From Macrostomum lignano (Eukaryota), in contig NIVC01000795.1 of NCBI GenBank assembly GCA_002269645.1, forward strand, positions 62,001 through 126,000: a stretch of 64,000 nucleotides of DNA, in the 5' to 3' direction. A program made the translations under genes and the position numbers. Below the pieces are notes generated by a model that was given only the letters and a program-made list of their open reading frames with translations, did no database searches and was not told where the DNA came from. Below, piece by piece: positions 11,137 to 22,772 of the stretch. How positions within the stretch are numbered: position 1 is the first letter of the stretch; each line of letters opens with the position of its first letter.

Positions 11137-12039
11137 TCATTCAGTCCCCGTGGCAAACAGCGGCTCGTCCAGCGGCACCTCCAGCCGCAGGTGCAGGCGG
11201 TTGCCGCGCACGAACTGGCCGCCGTTCTCCAGCCGGCTCAGCTCCATGAAGTTGCGCACGCCAAACCAGGGGCTCTGGCCGCCGGCGGGCCGCCGCAGGT
11301 AGGACCGGTTGAAGTTGCCCTCCAACCGGCCCGGGATCAGCACCCGGCTGTGGTGGCGGCCGGCACCGCTCAGGTCCAGGGCGGTGATGTACAGCCGCTT
11401 GTTGAAGGGCCACTCCAGCAGGCTGTCGAACTCGCCGGGCAGGAAGCAGACAAACACGGAGAGGCAGCGGCCGCGGACTGCGGATAGAGGGGGGTTGTAA
11501 ATCAATGAGCCAATAAATAAATAAATGAATAAATAAATCACCAATCAGTCAATCAATCAAACAACCAACCAACCAATCAGTCAACCAACGAACCAATCAA
11601 CCAATCCCCCAATCAAAAAATCACATCAACCCAGCAGATGATCAGCTTCTGTCGCACCTGCGGATTCCCCGAACAGGCAGACGGACATCCGCATCACGTA
11701 GCTGTACGGGGCCAGGCGGAAGGGCTCGCTGACCAGCCTCTCCTGCTGCCCAGCCCTGGCCTGACTGAAGCTGCGCCCGAAATTATCGATGCACCAAACA
11801 AAAGACGGCAGCGCCGCCTGCAGTTCAAATCTGTGAGTCGCCTCCTCGATGCCCGCCACACGGCTGCTGAGCGACTGCAGCGCCGACTGGTGCGACTTCA
11901 GGCACCGGTTGACTTCCAGCAGAGCGTCGGCCGCGGCTAAAATCTGCTCCGCCTGCTGCTCCGCCTGCTGCTCCGCCTGCTGCTCCTTTGCCGAGCTGCA
12001 GTCGCTGGCGGAGATGGTGGACTTTCCAGCCTTCTTCAT
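11137..12039 (-). CDS. TRAF-like protein (short coiled coil + MATH/TRAF-C domain); exons 12039..11631 and 11477..11137
   Basis: FVWCIDNF, VSEPF..PYSYVMRMSVCLFG, LSVFVCFLPGEFDSLLEWPFNKR and WFGVRNFM..FVRGNRLHLRLEV form a TRAF-type MATH signature. G|GTTGAT donor and ccgcag acceptor join in phase 1. Upstream exons are not excluded. Confidence 0.87.
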
Positions 12040-12606
12040 CTTGCTTTGATAAAACAATGATTCTGAGAGCTTTCTAGCAATGCAGATGCAAACAACTGAC
12101 TAGAAGGATAGTCCTAGCAGCACGCTTCATTTCAGCTTATTTCACTTATTTGTAAATCGCCAGCGATTTGTTCAACGCCAGATATCAAATCCCAACCAAT
12201 CAGATGAGAAGCTACATATCCTACTGTACGAGTATTCGGGAGTATTAGGGCTTGTTAATAGATTGCATTCATCAGCGATTGAAGCAAGTACATTAATTTC
12301 CTTTAACTTAATGTATATTAACTTTACAATATTTCATAGCTCGAGATTTCACAAGTTTGAAATTTCATACTCTTTTTCATTTTCATTTTCACACAAATTT
12401 CATACGAATTTGTTGAAGCTGTGTGCTGGAGAAAGTGACTTGCAAATTAATGAAGGCTTTTCGAACATTGTGGAAGCAATGTTTTGATTTAAGTAATAAT
12501 CTGCAATATATCGTGACACCTTTAGAATTATAGTTCTAATTAAGTAGTTATGGCAACTACCATTGAAGTTTTTAAATCGAGACGACTAAAAGAAAGGCTT
12601 AAATTT

Positions 12607-12754
12607 TTATCTAAGTTTGTCGTTTGTCAAGTCCTGTACAGACACCCGCATGCACAGCATGTCGTCTGACACCATTCTAACCTGCACAGACGAGACATTG
12701 GGAGGAAACTCAAACTTGTAATAATTCGGCTGCGATAGAGACACGAGGGCCGAT
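12607..12754 (-). pseudogene. Isolated SID-1/SIDT-like exon fragment
   Basis: SQPNYYKFEFPPNVSSVQVRMVSDDMLCMRVSVQD resembles the SIDT2 segment [36 protein letters not shown] as I recall it. It has a gatttcag acceptor, but no GT donor after QDLT and it runs into a stop. Confidence 0.62.
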
Positions 12755-14108
12755 CTGAAATCTACAGTTTTATTTTTTCCTTTTTTACAATGCAGTACAC
12801 GTAAATTTGGGACCATGCAACTAAGCAGTTTTTAATTGTTGTCTTTGGTGCAGACTCCTGCAATAGGCAATAATTTGTGATTTAAATTTTGAGGACCCAA
12901 ATTTTCTGATGACTACGGGCTCAGAATTTTTTACAAACCCTTTAGAACTTTTTTGATTGTGTCGCAGGCTTACGTAAAATTAATAGTTCTCGCAGATTTT
13001 TATAAGTTCGGATTGTCAATTGTCATGGACAACTGGAATCGAATACTACAATCAATTTTCCTGGAATTGTACCATTAGAACAGTACATTTAGTATGCTCA
13101 ATAAACGCATAGCATGAAGGGGGGTTAGATATCAACCATAAATAAAATTGATTCAGAAAAATCCGCACTATAGAAAAATGTTTGATTTCTTGAGAGTTCG
13201 TCACAAAAGCGGGTAAGTTACACCAAAAGATTAGCATTTATTCGGTTCTTAGTCAATTAATTGCATCGCGAAGACAGATATTTTAAGAATAAAATTATCT
13301 CCGCTTATGCCTATGGGGCGAGTGGGATAAACTTTTTTTCAACGGGGCCAATGGCATTTGTTCAAATCAATTTTAAACAAATTGATTTAACATATCTTCT
13401 TGATTTCAGCAATGTTTTGGAGTAGAAGAAGATTTTTAGTAATTATGTACTTATAATAAAACATAATATAATAATTAAAAAGACTCTTACGAAAACTCTC
13501 TCTGGCTTGTATGAGTAATTTCTAAATCGCAATAGATTCTATTTATTGCCTGTCACTGGTATCAGCACAGCCCACAGCACAGGTGAATCCTAAGTTTTGT
13601 CAAATTTACTGACAATTTTTTAATGTCTGTTCGTCTAAATATCTGTCGAGAAACCCACCTATTATTGCTGTTGTTTCTCATACAACACAGCTATATCCTT
13701 CTGTTCTGTATATGTCACTATAGCTAGTCAAGCCATGCTGCATTGTCATACTTGGCATAGGGGAAATTTTTTGGATGCCGGATGCATAGGCCATCTTCTG
13801 AATGCTTATTGTGGTTCCATTTCTTAAAGGTTTAAGCTTTAGCTTATGACAAACTTATATAATTCAGACTTTGTTTATGGAAGTTTGGTTCTGAATGGTT
13901 CATCTCCATGTCATTATTTTAGTATATTTTATAATTTATTTTTATTTTTGTTCCTATTATTCCAATATCTCATTCTGATGGTCAAAATAATGTGACTGCA
14001 CAATTTTGTAGTAGCAAGTCTTTTCTTTATATCAGTTTTTAACATTTATTAAAATAAACAAAATAAAAAAGTTATGGATAAAATATAATAGTAGGGTGTC
14101 TAGTCCAG

Positions 14109-14749
14109 TAGTGTTCTGCCGTAGCTGTAGCTATGGCTATGGGATCCTACGGCAAATATGGTAAAATAGGTGCCTATGGCAGCTATGGATACGCCTACAG
14201 TAGCTAGCTGCTCTTACAGCTACGACTACAGAAATATGGTAGTTGCTGTCACATTTTGTAGATTCCTGTAGCCATAGTTATTAATGTAAAAATTGAAAAA
14301 ATATTAGAAACAGGTAGAGTAAAACAAAGATAAATTTAGTAAACTGTATTATCAACCTAGAAACTTATAAAATATACCTAAAAAAGTATAATAAAACACT
14401 AGCAAACTCTAATTTTTATTAATGAGAAAAAGTTTAGTGTTAGTACTTTCAATAACAACTAAGTATTGTTGCTTTGAAAAAAGACGAAATGTAATCTTAG
14501 AAAGACAATTAAGTGTTTCTTTTTTTCTAATTTAATTTGCAGTTGTTTAAGCACTAGGCTATTTTCTTGATTCAAAATATTTCGTTTTTTTAGACTTTTT
14601 GTTAAAACTATGGCTAAGGCTACAGTAACTACGGGAATATGGTAATTTTGGGGTCCCTATGGCTATGGAATACGGAGAACTGGAATAAGCCATAGTTTTG
14701 CTTACGACTACGGCTATGGTACATGGACCCTCCTTACGGTAGAACACTA
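14109..14749. mobile_element. hAT-like MITE (641 bp) with 15-bp TIRs
   Basis: Left TAGTGTTCTGCCGTA and right TACGGTAGAACACTA (14/15 inverted match); 8-bp flanks TAGTCCAG and GTGTCCAG (6/8); subterminal CTATGGCTA/CTACG repeats at both ends. Confidence 0.65.
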
Positions 14750-15139
14750 GTGTCCAGTAGAAATTTTTTCAAAATTGTATTTTTAACCATGCTATGTTAT
14801 AGCCCTAGATGTTATGAGTGAAATGACACCAAACTTTTGAAAATTAATCAAGTAATAAAAAAGTTATGAAATTTTTCATTAAAAAAATGGCCTTTTTTCC
14901 CTATCTTAAATAGGCCTACACTAAAAACTATGCCATTTTATTATTAATAATAACTTTATTTATTATTTTTAGACAGCTTATATTTGTACTTAATTAAATA
15001 AGCTTGATTCTTTTGGCTAGGCTTAATTAAATAAGAAATACAATAAATATATATTCATATAAATGGTATTATATTAGTCTGTTTAATATGTATATTATAT
15101 ATTATTATTATTTATTTAGAAAATATTAAATTTATATCA

Positions 15140-15895
15140 TTTTTGCAGCCCATTTGGACTTAATTTAACCTAAGAAAAGCGAGCAAGAAAATCATTGAAT
15201 TTAATCTAAGATATGTTTGCCAATGTAACAAAGCTTTTGTCTATAGTAGCAAGGCTAGTACAATAGCATATAATTTGGTTCAACAAGCATCAATTTAGTC
15301 CAAATGCTTGTGAGCCATTAGAGAAGCTCTTGCCTACTCACAACTGTTTGTAGGTTGCTATATACCATTAGAATGTCAGCATCTCTAATAATAATTTCTG
15401 TCACTTTCTAGAGCTCTGCTCATCAAAATCTGATAACCTACTGGAACTACTCCTTCAACTTCTGCTACATTTTCTACAATATCAACAAAGGGTTCATCTT
15501 AATCAAATTGATTAGCAATTGGAATTTAGGCACTCAAGCAACTTGCCTTTGAGGATTGCTATCTTTTTGCAGGCAATCTCTGTTGGCAGAGTTTCAATGC
15601 ACTGATGAATATTATAAACCATCTTTTCTTATATTCAGCAGCTTTGCAATGTCTATTGGGTGTTCGCCTCTGTTGAGTGCTTCAATCATAAGCCAATGGC
15701 ATTGGTTAAACAGCCTAGCATTTGGTCCATAATTCTGGGGCTGCTCTTGCTCCTCCATAGCAGTTGCAAATATAGCTATGGACCAAATTAAATGCTTCTA
15801 TGCCAGCCTTGCTACCATAGACAAAAGCTCCATTACATTGGCAAACATATCTTGGATTGAATACAATGTGCATAAGCCCAAATAGGCTGCAAAAA
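15140..15895. mobile_element. Old foldback/MITE-like element with long imperfect inverted arms
   Basis: About 15140-15290 (TTTTTGCAGCCCATTTGGACTTA...AAGATATGTTTGCCAATGTAA..AGCTTTTGTCTAT.GTAGCAAGGCT) is the reverse complement of about 15775-15895, with one indel. Confidence 0.6.
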
Positions 15896-16290
15896 GCTAT
15901 ATTAGGCCTATTTTAACTGTTCTAGATTTAGTTAATTAAATCAATGAGACATATTCTTGGTGTCTATTAATTAGTTCAAAAAGATTATGGATCTTTATAT
16001 AAACTTTTTATCCACTTGGTTGACAATATTATTTTAATGTAAGCGTCCTTGTTTTTATAGCTAGTACTCAATATTAGTAGCTTAGTAAAAGCTCCTAATT
16101 AAGTATAATACCATATATATATGATATAATATAGGTAAAGATTAGTGACCAGTTGACAAAAAACTACCAATAATTCCTAGATCAACTCAAAGGTTTCATT
16201 TAAATTTGAATTAAATTGACCAAATTATCCTTTTATCATGTACATTGTGCATGACATGTGCAATGCTTCTCTTCAGCCCAGCCAGCCGCC

Positions 16291-16719
16291 ATGATCCGCT
16301 TCATCTTGATCCAGAACCGGGCTGGCAAGACCCGCCTAGCCAAGTGGTACATGCACTTCGAGGATGAGGAGAAGCAGAAGCTCATAGAGGAGGTGCACGC
16401 CACCGTCACAGTCCGCGACGCCAAGCACACCAACTTTGTTGAATTCCGAAATTACAAAATCATCTACAGGCGCTACGCCGGTCTCTACTTCTGCATCTGC
16501 GTTGACATCGGCGACAACAACCTCATGTACCTGGAGGCCATACACAACTTTGTTGAAGTGCTCAACGAATACTTTCACAACGTTTGCGAACTGGACTTGG
16601 TGTTCAACTTCTACAAGGTGTACACCGTGGTAGACGAGATGTTTCTGGCTGGAGAGATCCGAGAGACCAGCCAGACCAAAGTGCTGCGCCAGCTGATGAT
16701 GCTGTCAACCTTGGAGTGA
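16291..16719 (+). CDS. AP2S1: AP-2 complex subunit sigma, 142 aa, intronless CDS
   Basis: [20 protein letters not shown]...[14 protein letters not shown]...[33 protein letters not shown]; a cttctcttcag acceptor lies 14 nt upstream of the ATG. Confidence 0.98.
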   Translation: MIRFILIQNRAGKTRLAKWYMHFEDEEKQKLIEEVHATVTVRDAKHTNFVEFRNYKIIYRRYAGLYFCICVDIGDNNLMYLEAIHNFVEVLNEYFHNVCELDLVFNFYKVYTVVDEMFLAGEIRETSQTKVLRQLMMLSTLE

Positions 16720-16891
16720 CAAATGGCTCGTCCAATAATCCAGAGACTGTGCTTTATAACAGTTGTTGACTTTGTTATAAAATATTCCATTGATACAGTT
16801 TTCATTATGGAATTATGGTATCATAAAATCAATGAATTTTAATAGTTTACCTATACAAGTTTTCTGATCAATTAGTTATTAGAAGAGTTGC

Positions 16892-17720
16892 GGTGACTCC
16901 CTGAAGGATATGAGGGGGGGAGCGGCGGTGACCCGCTGAAGGATCTGAGGGGGGGAGCGGCGGTGACCCGCTGAAGGATCTGAGGGGGGGGGAGCGGCGG
17001 TGACCCGCTGAAGGATCTGAGGGGGGGAGCGGCGGTGACCCGCTGAAGGATCTGAGGGGGGAGCGGCGGTGACCCGCTGAAGGATCTGAGGGGGGAGCGG
17101 CGGTGACCCGCTGAAGGATCTGAGGGGGGAGCTGCGGTGACCCGCTGAAGGATCTGAGGGGGGAGCTGCGGTGACCCGCTGAAGGATCTGAGGGGGGGAG
17201 CGGCGGTGACTCGCTGAAGGATCTGAGGGGGGGGAGCAGCGGTGACCCGCTGAAGGATCTGAGGGGGGGAGCGGCGGTGAATTGCTGAAGGATCTGAGGG
17301 GGGGAGCGGCGGTGACCCGCTGAAGGATCTGAGGGGGGGAGCAGCGCTGACCCGCTGAAGGATCTGAGAGGGGAGGGGCGGTGACCCGCTGAAGGATCTG
17401 AAGGCAGGAGCGGCGGTGACCCGCTGAAGGATCTGAGGGGGGAGCGGCGGTGAATTGCTGAAGGATCTGAGGGCAGGAGCTGCGGTGACCCGCTGAAGGA
17501 TCTGAGGGCAGGAGCTGCGGTGACCCGCTGAAGGATCTGAGGGCAGGAGCTGCGGTGACCCGCTGAAGGATCTGAGGGGGGGGGGGAGCAGCGGTGACCC
17601 GCTGAAGGATCTGAGGGGGGGAGCGGCGGTGACCCGCTGAAGGATCTGAGGGGGGGAGCGGCGGTGACCCGCTGAAGGATCTGAGGGGGGAGCTGCGGTG
17701 ACCCGCTGAAGGATCTGAGG
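16892..17720. repeat. About 34-38-bp minisatellite (GCGGCGGTGACCCGCTGAAGGATCTGAG + variable G-run), about 24 copies
   Basis: Read directly, downstream of AP2S1; unit length varies through the poly-G tract. Confidence 0.95.
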
Positions 17721-18282
17721 GAGCGATAAGCACAAAAAGGTTGCACAATGTATTTCCTTTTTATTTAGTTGGTTTTCTGTAATAGTTTCTAATCTCTGTT
17801 CCGCAAATCTCAAGAAATTGAGCTGTTACAGCTGAACAGGCCTTTTGTTCAAACACCATTTTTAACGCGTTGTTTTGGAGCATTTTATTTAGCACACTGA
17901 TAATGCGCGCATTAGTCTACTTAGTACACGCAAGTAGCATTCGTAGCATATAAAAGTCGAAAATTTTGGTGAGCCTAAAATTTTCTAACTGTTTGCTTTA
18001 ATTAGTTCCCTTGTGTATCATTATTTTAGCTGTTATTAAATTAGCAAGTTGTATCTGAATGCTCATAGTGGCATCCGCTTTGCTGCATGTTGTATTGTTT
18101 GATTCTGTTTGATGTCTTTTGCCCCTGAATCTGCAAATGCATCTATTTAATACTTATCATCACATTTTGAATCTCTGCTAATCTGATTGACTACACAATT
18201 TTCTCTATTAAGGTCATGCAATCAGAAAATATTTAATGGCATTTTGCTTCCTATTTACTTTCAACATAATTGATTTGTCCTC

Positions 18283-18625
18283 GATAGCTCAGGGTGTTTC
18301 CTTGCTAGCTCAGGGTGTTTCCTTGCTAGCTCAGGGTGTTTCCTTGATAGATCAGGGTGTTTCCTTGATAGATCAGGGTGTTTCCTTGCTAGCTCAGGGT
18401 GTTTCCTTGATAGATCAGGGTGTTTCCTTGCTAGCTCAGGGTGTTTCCTTGATAGATCAGGGTGTTTCCTTGCTAGATCAGGGTGTTTCCTTGATAGATC
18501 AGGGTGTTTCCTTGATAGATCAGGGTGTTTCCTTGCTAGCTCAGGGTGTTTCCTTGATAGATCAGGGTGTTTCCTTGCTAGATCAGGGTGTTTCCTTGAT
18601 AGATCAGGGTGTTTACTTGATAGAT
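18283..18625. repeat. 21-bp minisatellite (TAGATCAGGGTGTTTCCTTGA / TAGCTCAGGGTGTTTCCTTGC), about 16 copies
   Basis: Read directly; source of the QGVSLID ORF. Confidence 0.95.
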
Positions 18626-19562
18626 GGGGTTTGGTAAAAGTACTTGCGCGCCAAAGCAGTTGTGAAAGTCTGTAGAAAGTTAAACTATTCTTTTTTGCGA
18701 CTAGCCTAAAAAAGATGCTGTGCTGTTGAAAGATGCAGCAGTAGCTAAATTCCTAGACAAAGTTTTCTTTCTCAAATCGAGACTACGCTGTGCGCAAAAG
18801 ATGCTGCGCCTGCTTCTGATAACAGCGGGCGCAAGAAACGCGAACTTTTAAAGCGCGAATCGCTGTTTCAGTCGAGTACTAGCAAACTCTGCGAGCTGAC
18901 ATCCACGCTTCAGTGCTTGGTGATCTCCTGTTCCCGCGAAACCTGATCGGTTAATTGTCCTGGCCCGCCTTAAGCCAGGCAATCGGCCTCTGCAATTTGA
19001 GCTGGCTGAAGGAAAGCTTGTCACAACAGTGTATGCTGTGCTGTTTGCCAAGTAATTGTGGAGCAATGGAATGCACCATTGTTTTTACTGCGTTGGGAGA
19101 ATTCAAACATTTATAAAAAAACTCTGATAAATGTATGCTCAGCAACATTGAAAAGTCGCCGCCCAGTGAGCAGTGTCTTTCGACCAGCGACCATCACCTG
19201 GCCCACCATTTGGATATTAAAAATGCTTGAAAAAACAATGAAATCCGGGCGGAAGCTTCAATCCATCCTATCTTCGTCCTCCGCTCTTCCCAATCCCTCC
19301 TCATCCAGTTGCGTCACTAAAAGTCAACACTGCATGAGCTAGAATTTACTGGGCACTCTCAAAGGTGGCGACTCAAAGGATACCCAAGCCGCCAAAATAT
19401 TACACTCTCGTTGAAACAATTTGCAGACTCTCTTCTTAAGTCTTAGCAGAAAAATAACACAATTGATCTTCTACCATAGCACTACTGAATACTGAATAGT
19501 TTAAGCTGAATAATTATTGAGTTTTTAACAAGTTTGTCACCGACTCCGGATGCCCGCTCCTC

Positions 19563-22095
19563 TCACAAATACGTGTTGGCCTCCGGCAACTTCTTCCTGG
19601 CCGCCTCAGCCTCCGTGGAGGACTCGACCGGGCTCAGCAGCTGCTGCTGGCGCAGGAAGCTGTCCCGTTGATGCAGACCGCCGCCGTGGTGATGATGGCA
19701 GTGCGGCTGCTGGCCGCTCCCGCTGCAGCTGCGGCGTCGCAAGCGGTGCTGCTGGCCAGCGAGCGGCGGCGCCGACGGTACAGCGGCTTCATCGGGCGCC
19801 GTGGTGAGGACGATGGTGTCGCTGTGAGCTCCGTCAGCGGCGCGGGCGTAAGCGCGGAAGAGGCCGGCGCAGATCTCCGCCACCGCGGTGTCGCCGCTGC
19901 TCAGCTCAAGCAGTCTGAGCACCAGACAGCCGTCTGGCCTCACAAAGTCGTCAAGGAAGCCATCGAGAACCCTGGCGAGCTTCAGATGGGCGCCGTCCTC
20001 TTCCGATTGGCTGACGATGGTTCCGGCCAGCCTGAGGCAGCGCGTGAGTTGGCGCCTTCGGCCGCGCGCCGGCGCCAAACGGGTGCACCACAGACAGAGG
20101 CTGAGCAAAGTGGCGAAGAGCGCGACAATGAACCAGAGCCACAGGAATGCGAAGAGTTTCTCGTGGATCATGTTCACCGGCAGAGCGCACTGGGCCAGGC
20201 TCATCTGACACGGGAGGGAGGCATACATGTAGCGCATTCGCACTTTGATTTTTCTGTAATCGATAGCACCGATGTACATGGCATTTATGAAGCCCTTTGA
20301 AGCACAAGTTTTTACCGATTGTAGATAGAGCTATTGATAGCACCACTGTACACAGCCATGTTAGAACCAGTTTACATAAGAGGTTTCTACTCTAATACAC
20401 AAATCATTAACTGATCATGGAGCAAGGCGTCTACCTGAGTCTTCCCAGCCGCCCCCTTGAGCGCCACAGCGCAGCAGCCGGATCTCGGGAACAGACCGGT
20501 TCGCCTCCAGTCGGCGCCAGTCGCCAAGTGTCCGACCAGATCGGAGCTGAAGCCGAGAACCGAGCTCAGCAACGATACTGAGGTGTCCGGGCGAACTAGG
20601 TAAGCCATCACTAGCAGCTGGCCGACCAGATTTCCGATGTACATCAACTTGACAGCGATGTACGCCCAGACAAGTCGAGTGCCGAGGCGCTTTGATGGTA
20701 GGCTGAGGGCCAGGCTGAAGGTGGCCATCGAATTTGAGAATGGGATGAATGGAATAACGGAATTTAAAAAATAAACTTAATATTTATTGACGATATAATG
20801 AGCACTATACGAAGAAGCTCTGAGCACTCCACAAAGCATCTCTGAGCACTCCACAAAGCATCCCTGAACACCCAGCAAAACATCCCTGAACACTCCACAA
20901 AGCATCCTGAACACCCAGCAAAACATCCCTGAACACTCCACAAAGCATCCCTGAACACCCAGCAAAACATCCCTGAACACTCCACAAAGCATCCCTGAGC
21001 ACTCCACAAAACATCCCTGAACACTCCACAAAGCATCCCTGAACACTCCACAAAACATCCCTGAACACCACACAGCATCCCTGAACACTCCACAAAACAT
21101 CCCTGAACACTCCACAAAGCATCCCTGAACACTCCACAAAGCATCCCTGAACACTCCACAAAGCATCCCTGAACACTCCACAAAACATCCCAAAACTCTA
21201 CACAGCATCCCTGAACACTCCACAAAACATCCCTGAACACTCCACAAAGCATCCCTGAACACTCCACAAAGCATCCCCGAATACTCCGCAAAGCATCCCT
21301 GAACGCTCCACAGGGTCTCACCTTCCCCGCAGACCCCGATGCAGCTTGTCTGACCAGGAGCCCGCCAAAGGCCGCGTACTGCGCAGCCAGAGCTCCAGCT
21401 GCCTGGCCACCTGCCGCAGCGTCTTCTCGCGCTTTTCCCCGTCGGATCGCTGCGCCTCGGCGGTAGCGCGCGCCAGCTGCCACAAATCGCAGCTGGCCCT
21501 GGACTGCACAAACAGCCGCCAGAACAGACTCGGTGCGTAGAATGCCACGCCCTGAGCCGCGAGGACGAACGGCAGCCACTGGTAGTAGTAGATCTTCCGG
21601 TCCCGGTACCGATCTGACCAGGTCTCCAAGTGGTTCTTGATCTCAAATTCGTCCAGGGGCACATTGTAAAGACCGTCGGTGTAGCACATGCTGGTTATGT
21701 AGGCTGTCTGGCCTTCGTGCGAGCCCAGAATGTTAGGCACGTAGCAGGTGATGGGGTTGAGGAAGTAAGTCTTCAGCGTGGTGATGCTGCTGAACACTAT
21801 CAGCAGCAGCACTGAAATTTGGGCATCGGGTGGAAGCTCCAATTGAAGATTGAAGCTGCATGTAGGGTTGAGACTATAAGACACGGGTGCGAATGATTTT
21901 CTAGTTCAATATGACACTCGCTCAAGGCGGCTGTTGCGACGCAAGCCTATTCATTTGCGTACTAACCACACCTTGCACAGTATGCCAGTCACTACCTGTA
22001 AACAGAAAGTTGATCCGGTCAGCATAGTCGTCCAAGCCGACGTGGCCCAGGGCGTCCAGCTTTCCAAGGCGATCCAGAAACTCGGTGAGCAGCAT
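19563..22095 (-). CDS. Innexin; exons 22095..21996, 21811..21322, 20714 (or 20702)..20435, 20204..19563
   Basis: DDYADRINF, PITCYVP, YITSMCY, YYQWLPFVLAAQGVAFYAPSLFW, FPR..C and QCALPVNMIHEKLFAFLWLWF are innexin motifs; all three junctions are phase-consistent GT-AG. Confidence 0.96.
20815..21312. repeat. 22-bp minisatellite (CCCTGAACACTCCACAAAGCAT), about 22 copies, in innexin intron 2
   Basis: Read directly; begins a few bases after the donor on the minus strand. Confidence 0.95.
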
Positions 22096-22772
22096 GATCG
22101 ACCGCTGAGCTTGGCTGAGTAGATAAGTTGAGGATAATCCAATAAGCTGAAGCAGCGATGCACAGAATCCGAGCTTCCAGGTTAAATCACTGTTTAAATT
22201 CTGCTTTAGGTCCTTCTGCTGACGCAAATATGAAAGCGTGGGAGAGCCGAAGTCAGGGAGACCTCGCATAGACCTAGGGCACGCACGCAGCCAAAGGCTG
22301 AACTTCATTGGATATTAGCTGATTTGCCGATGCTAGAGAGGCGGAAAGCTAAAACACCAACCAACCATTAGTCAAGTCTGTTCAGAGCTGGAACCTTCGC
22401 AACAGACATGCCCAGGCATTATGAGCGTACTAAGTTGATAAAATACTGAGCAATATCTCAATCGGTTTTTAAAGTAAGACCTCTCGGCCAGGCTTAAGGT
22501 ACGGACTAGTAGTTTTCCCCGAATTAAAAGGAGGACTGCAGTGCTGCTCAGGCAGAGGTGGCTGCCTATTGAAAATCTGAGAGACAGAATTTTCCCCTTC
22601 ATCAGGAAGTAATGAAGAATAGGCTGAGGCTGCGCTGGATTCGGCAGCCAATGAGGGAACTGGTGGGAAGATTTTGGTAGAGTAAAAGTGTCCCGTCGAA
22701 AAGCTGAGTCCATGCCACGAGCTCATATTTGCTAAGCTCAGTTAATTCCAATCGACAAAATTATCCCCTTGA

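Noticed and set aside
16868-17813. Three overlapping ORFs of about 300 aa, and possible G-quadruplexes
   Set aside because: Stop-free minisatellite. The G-runs are about 28 nt apart, too far for a canonical G4.
20764-21664. Long minus-strand ORFs with GCFVECSG repeats
   Set aside because: Read-through of the innexin intron minisatellite.
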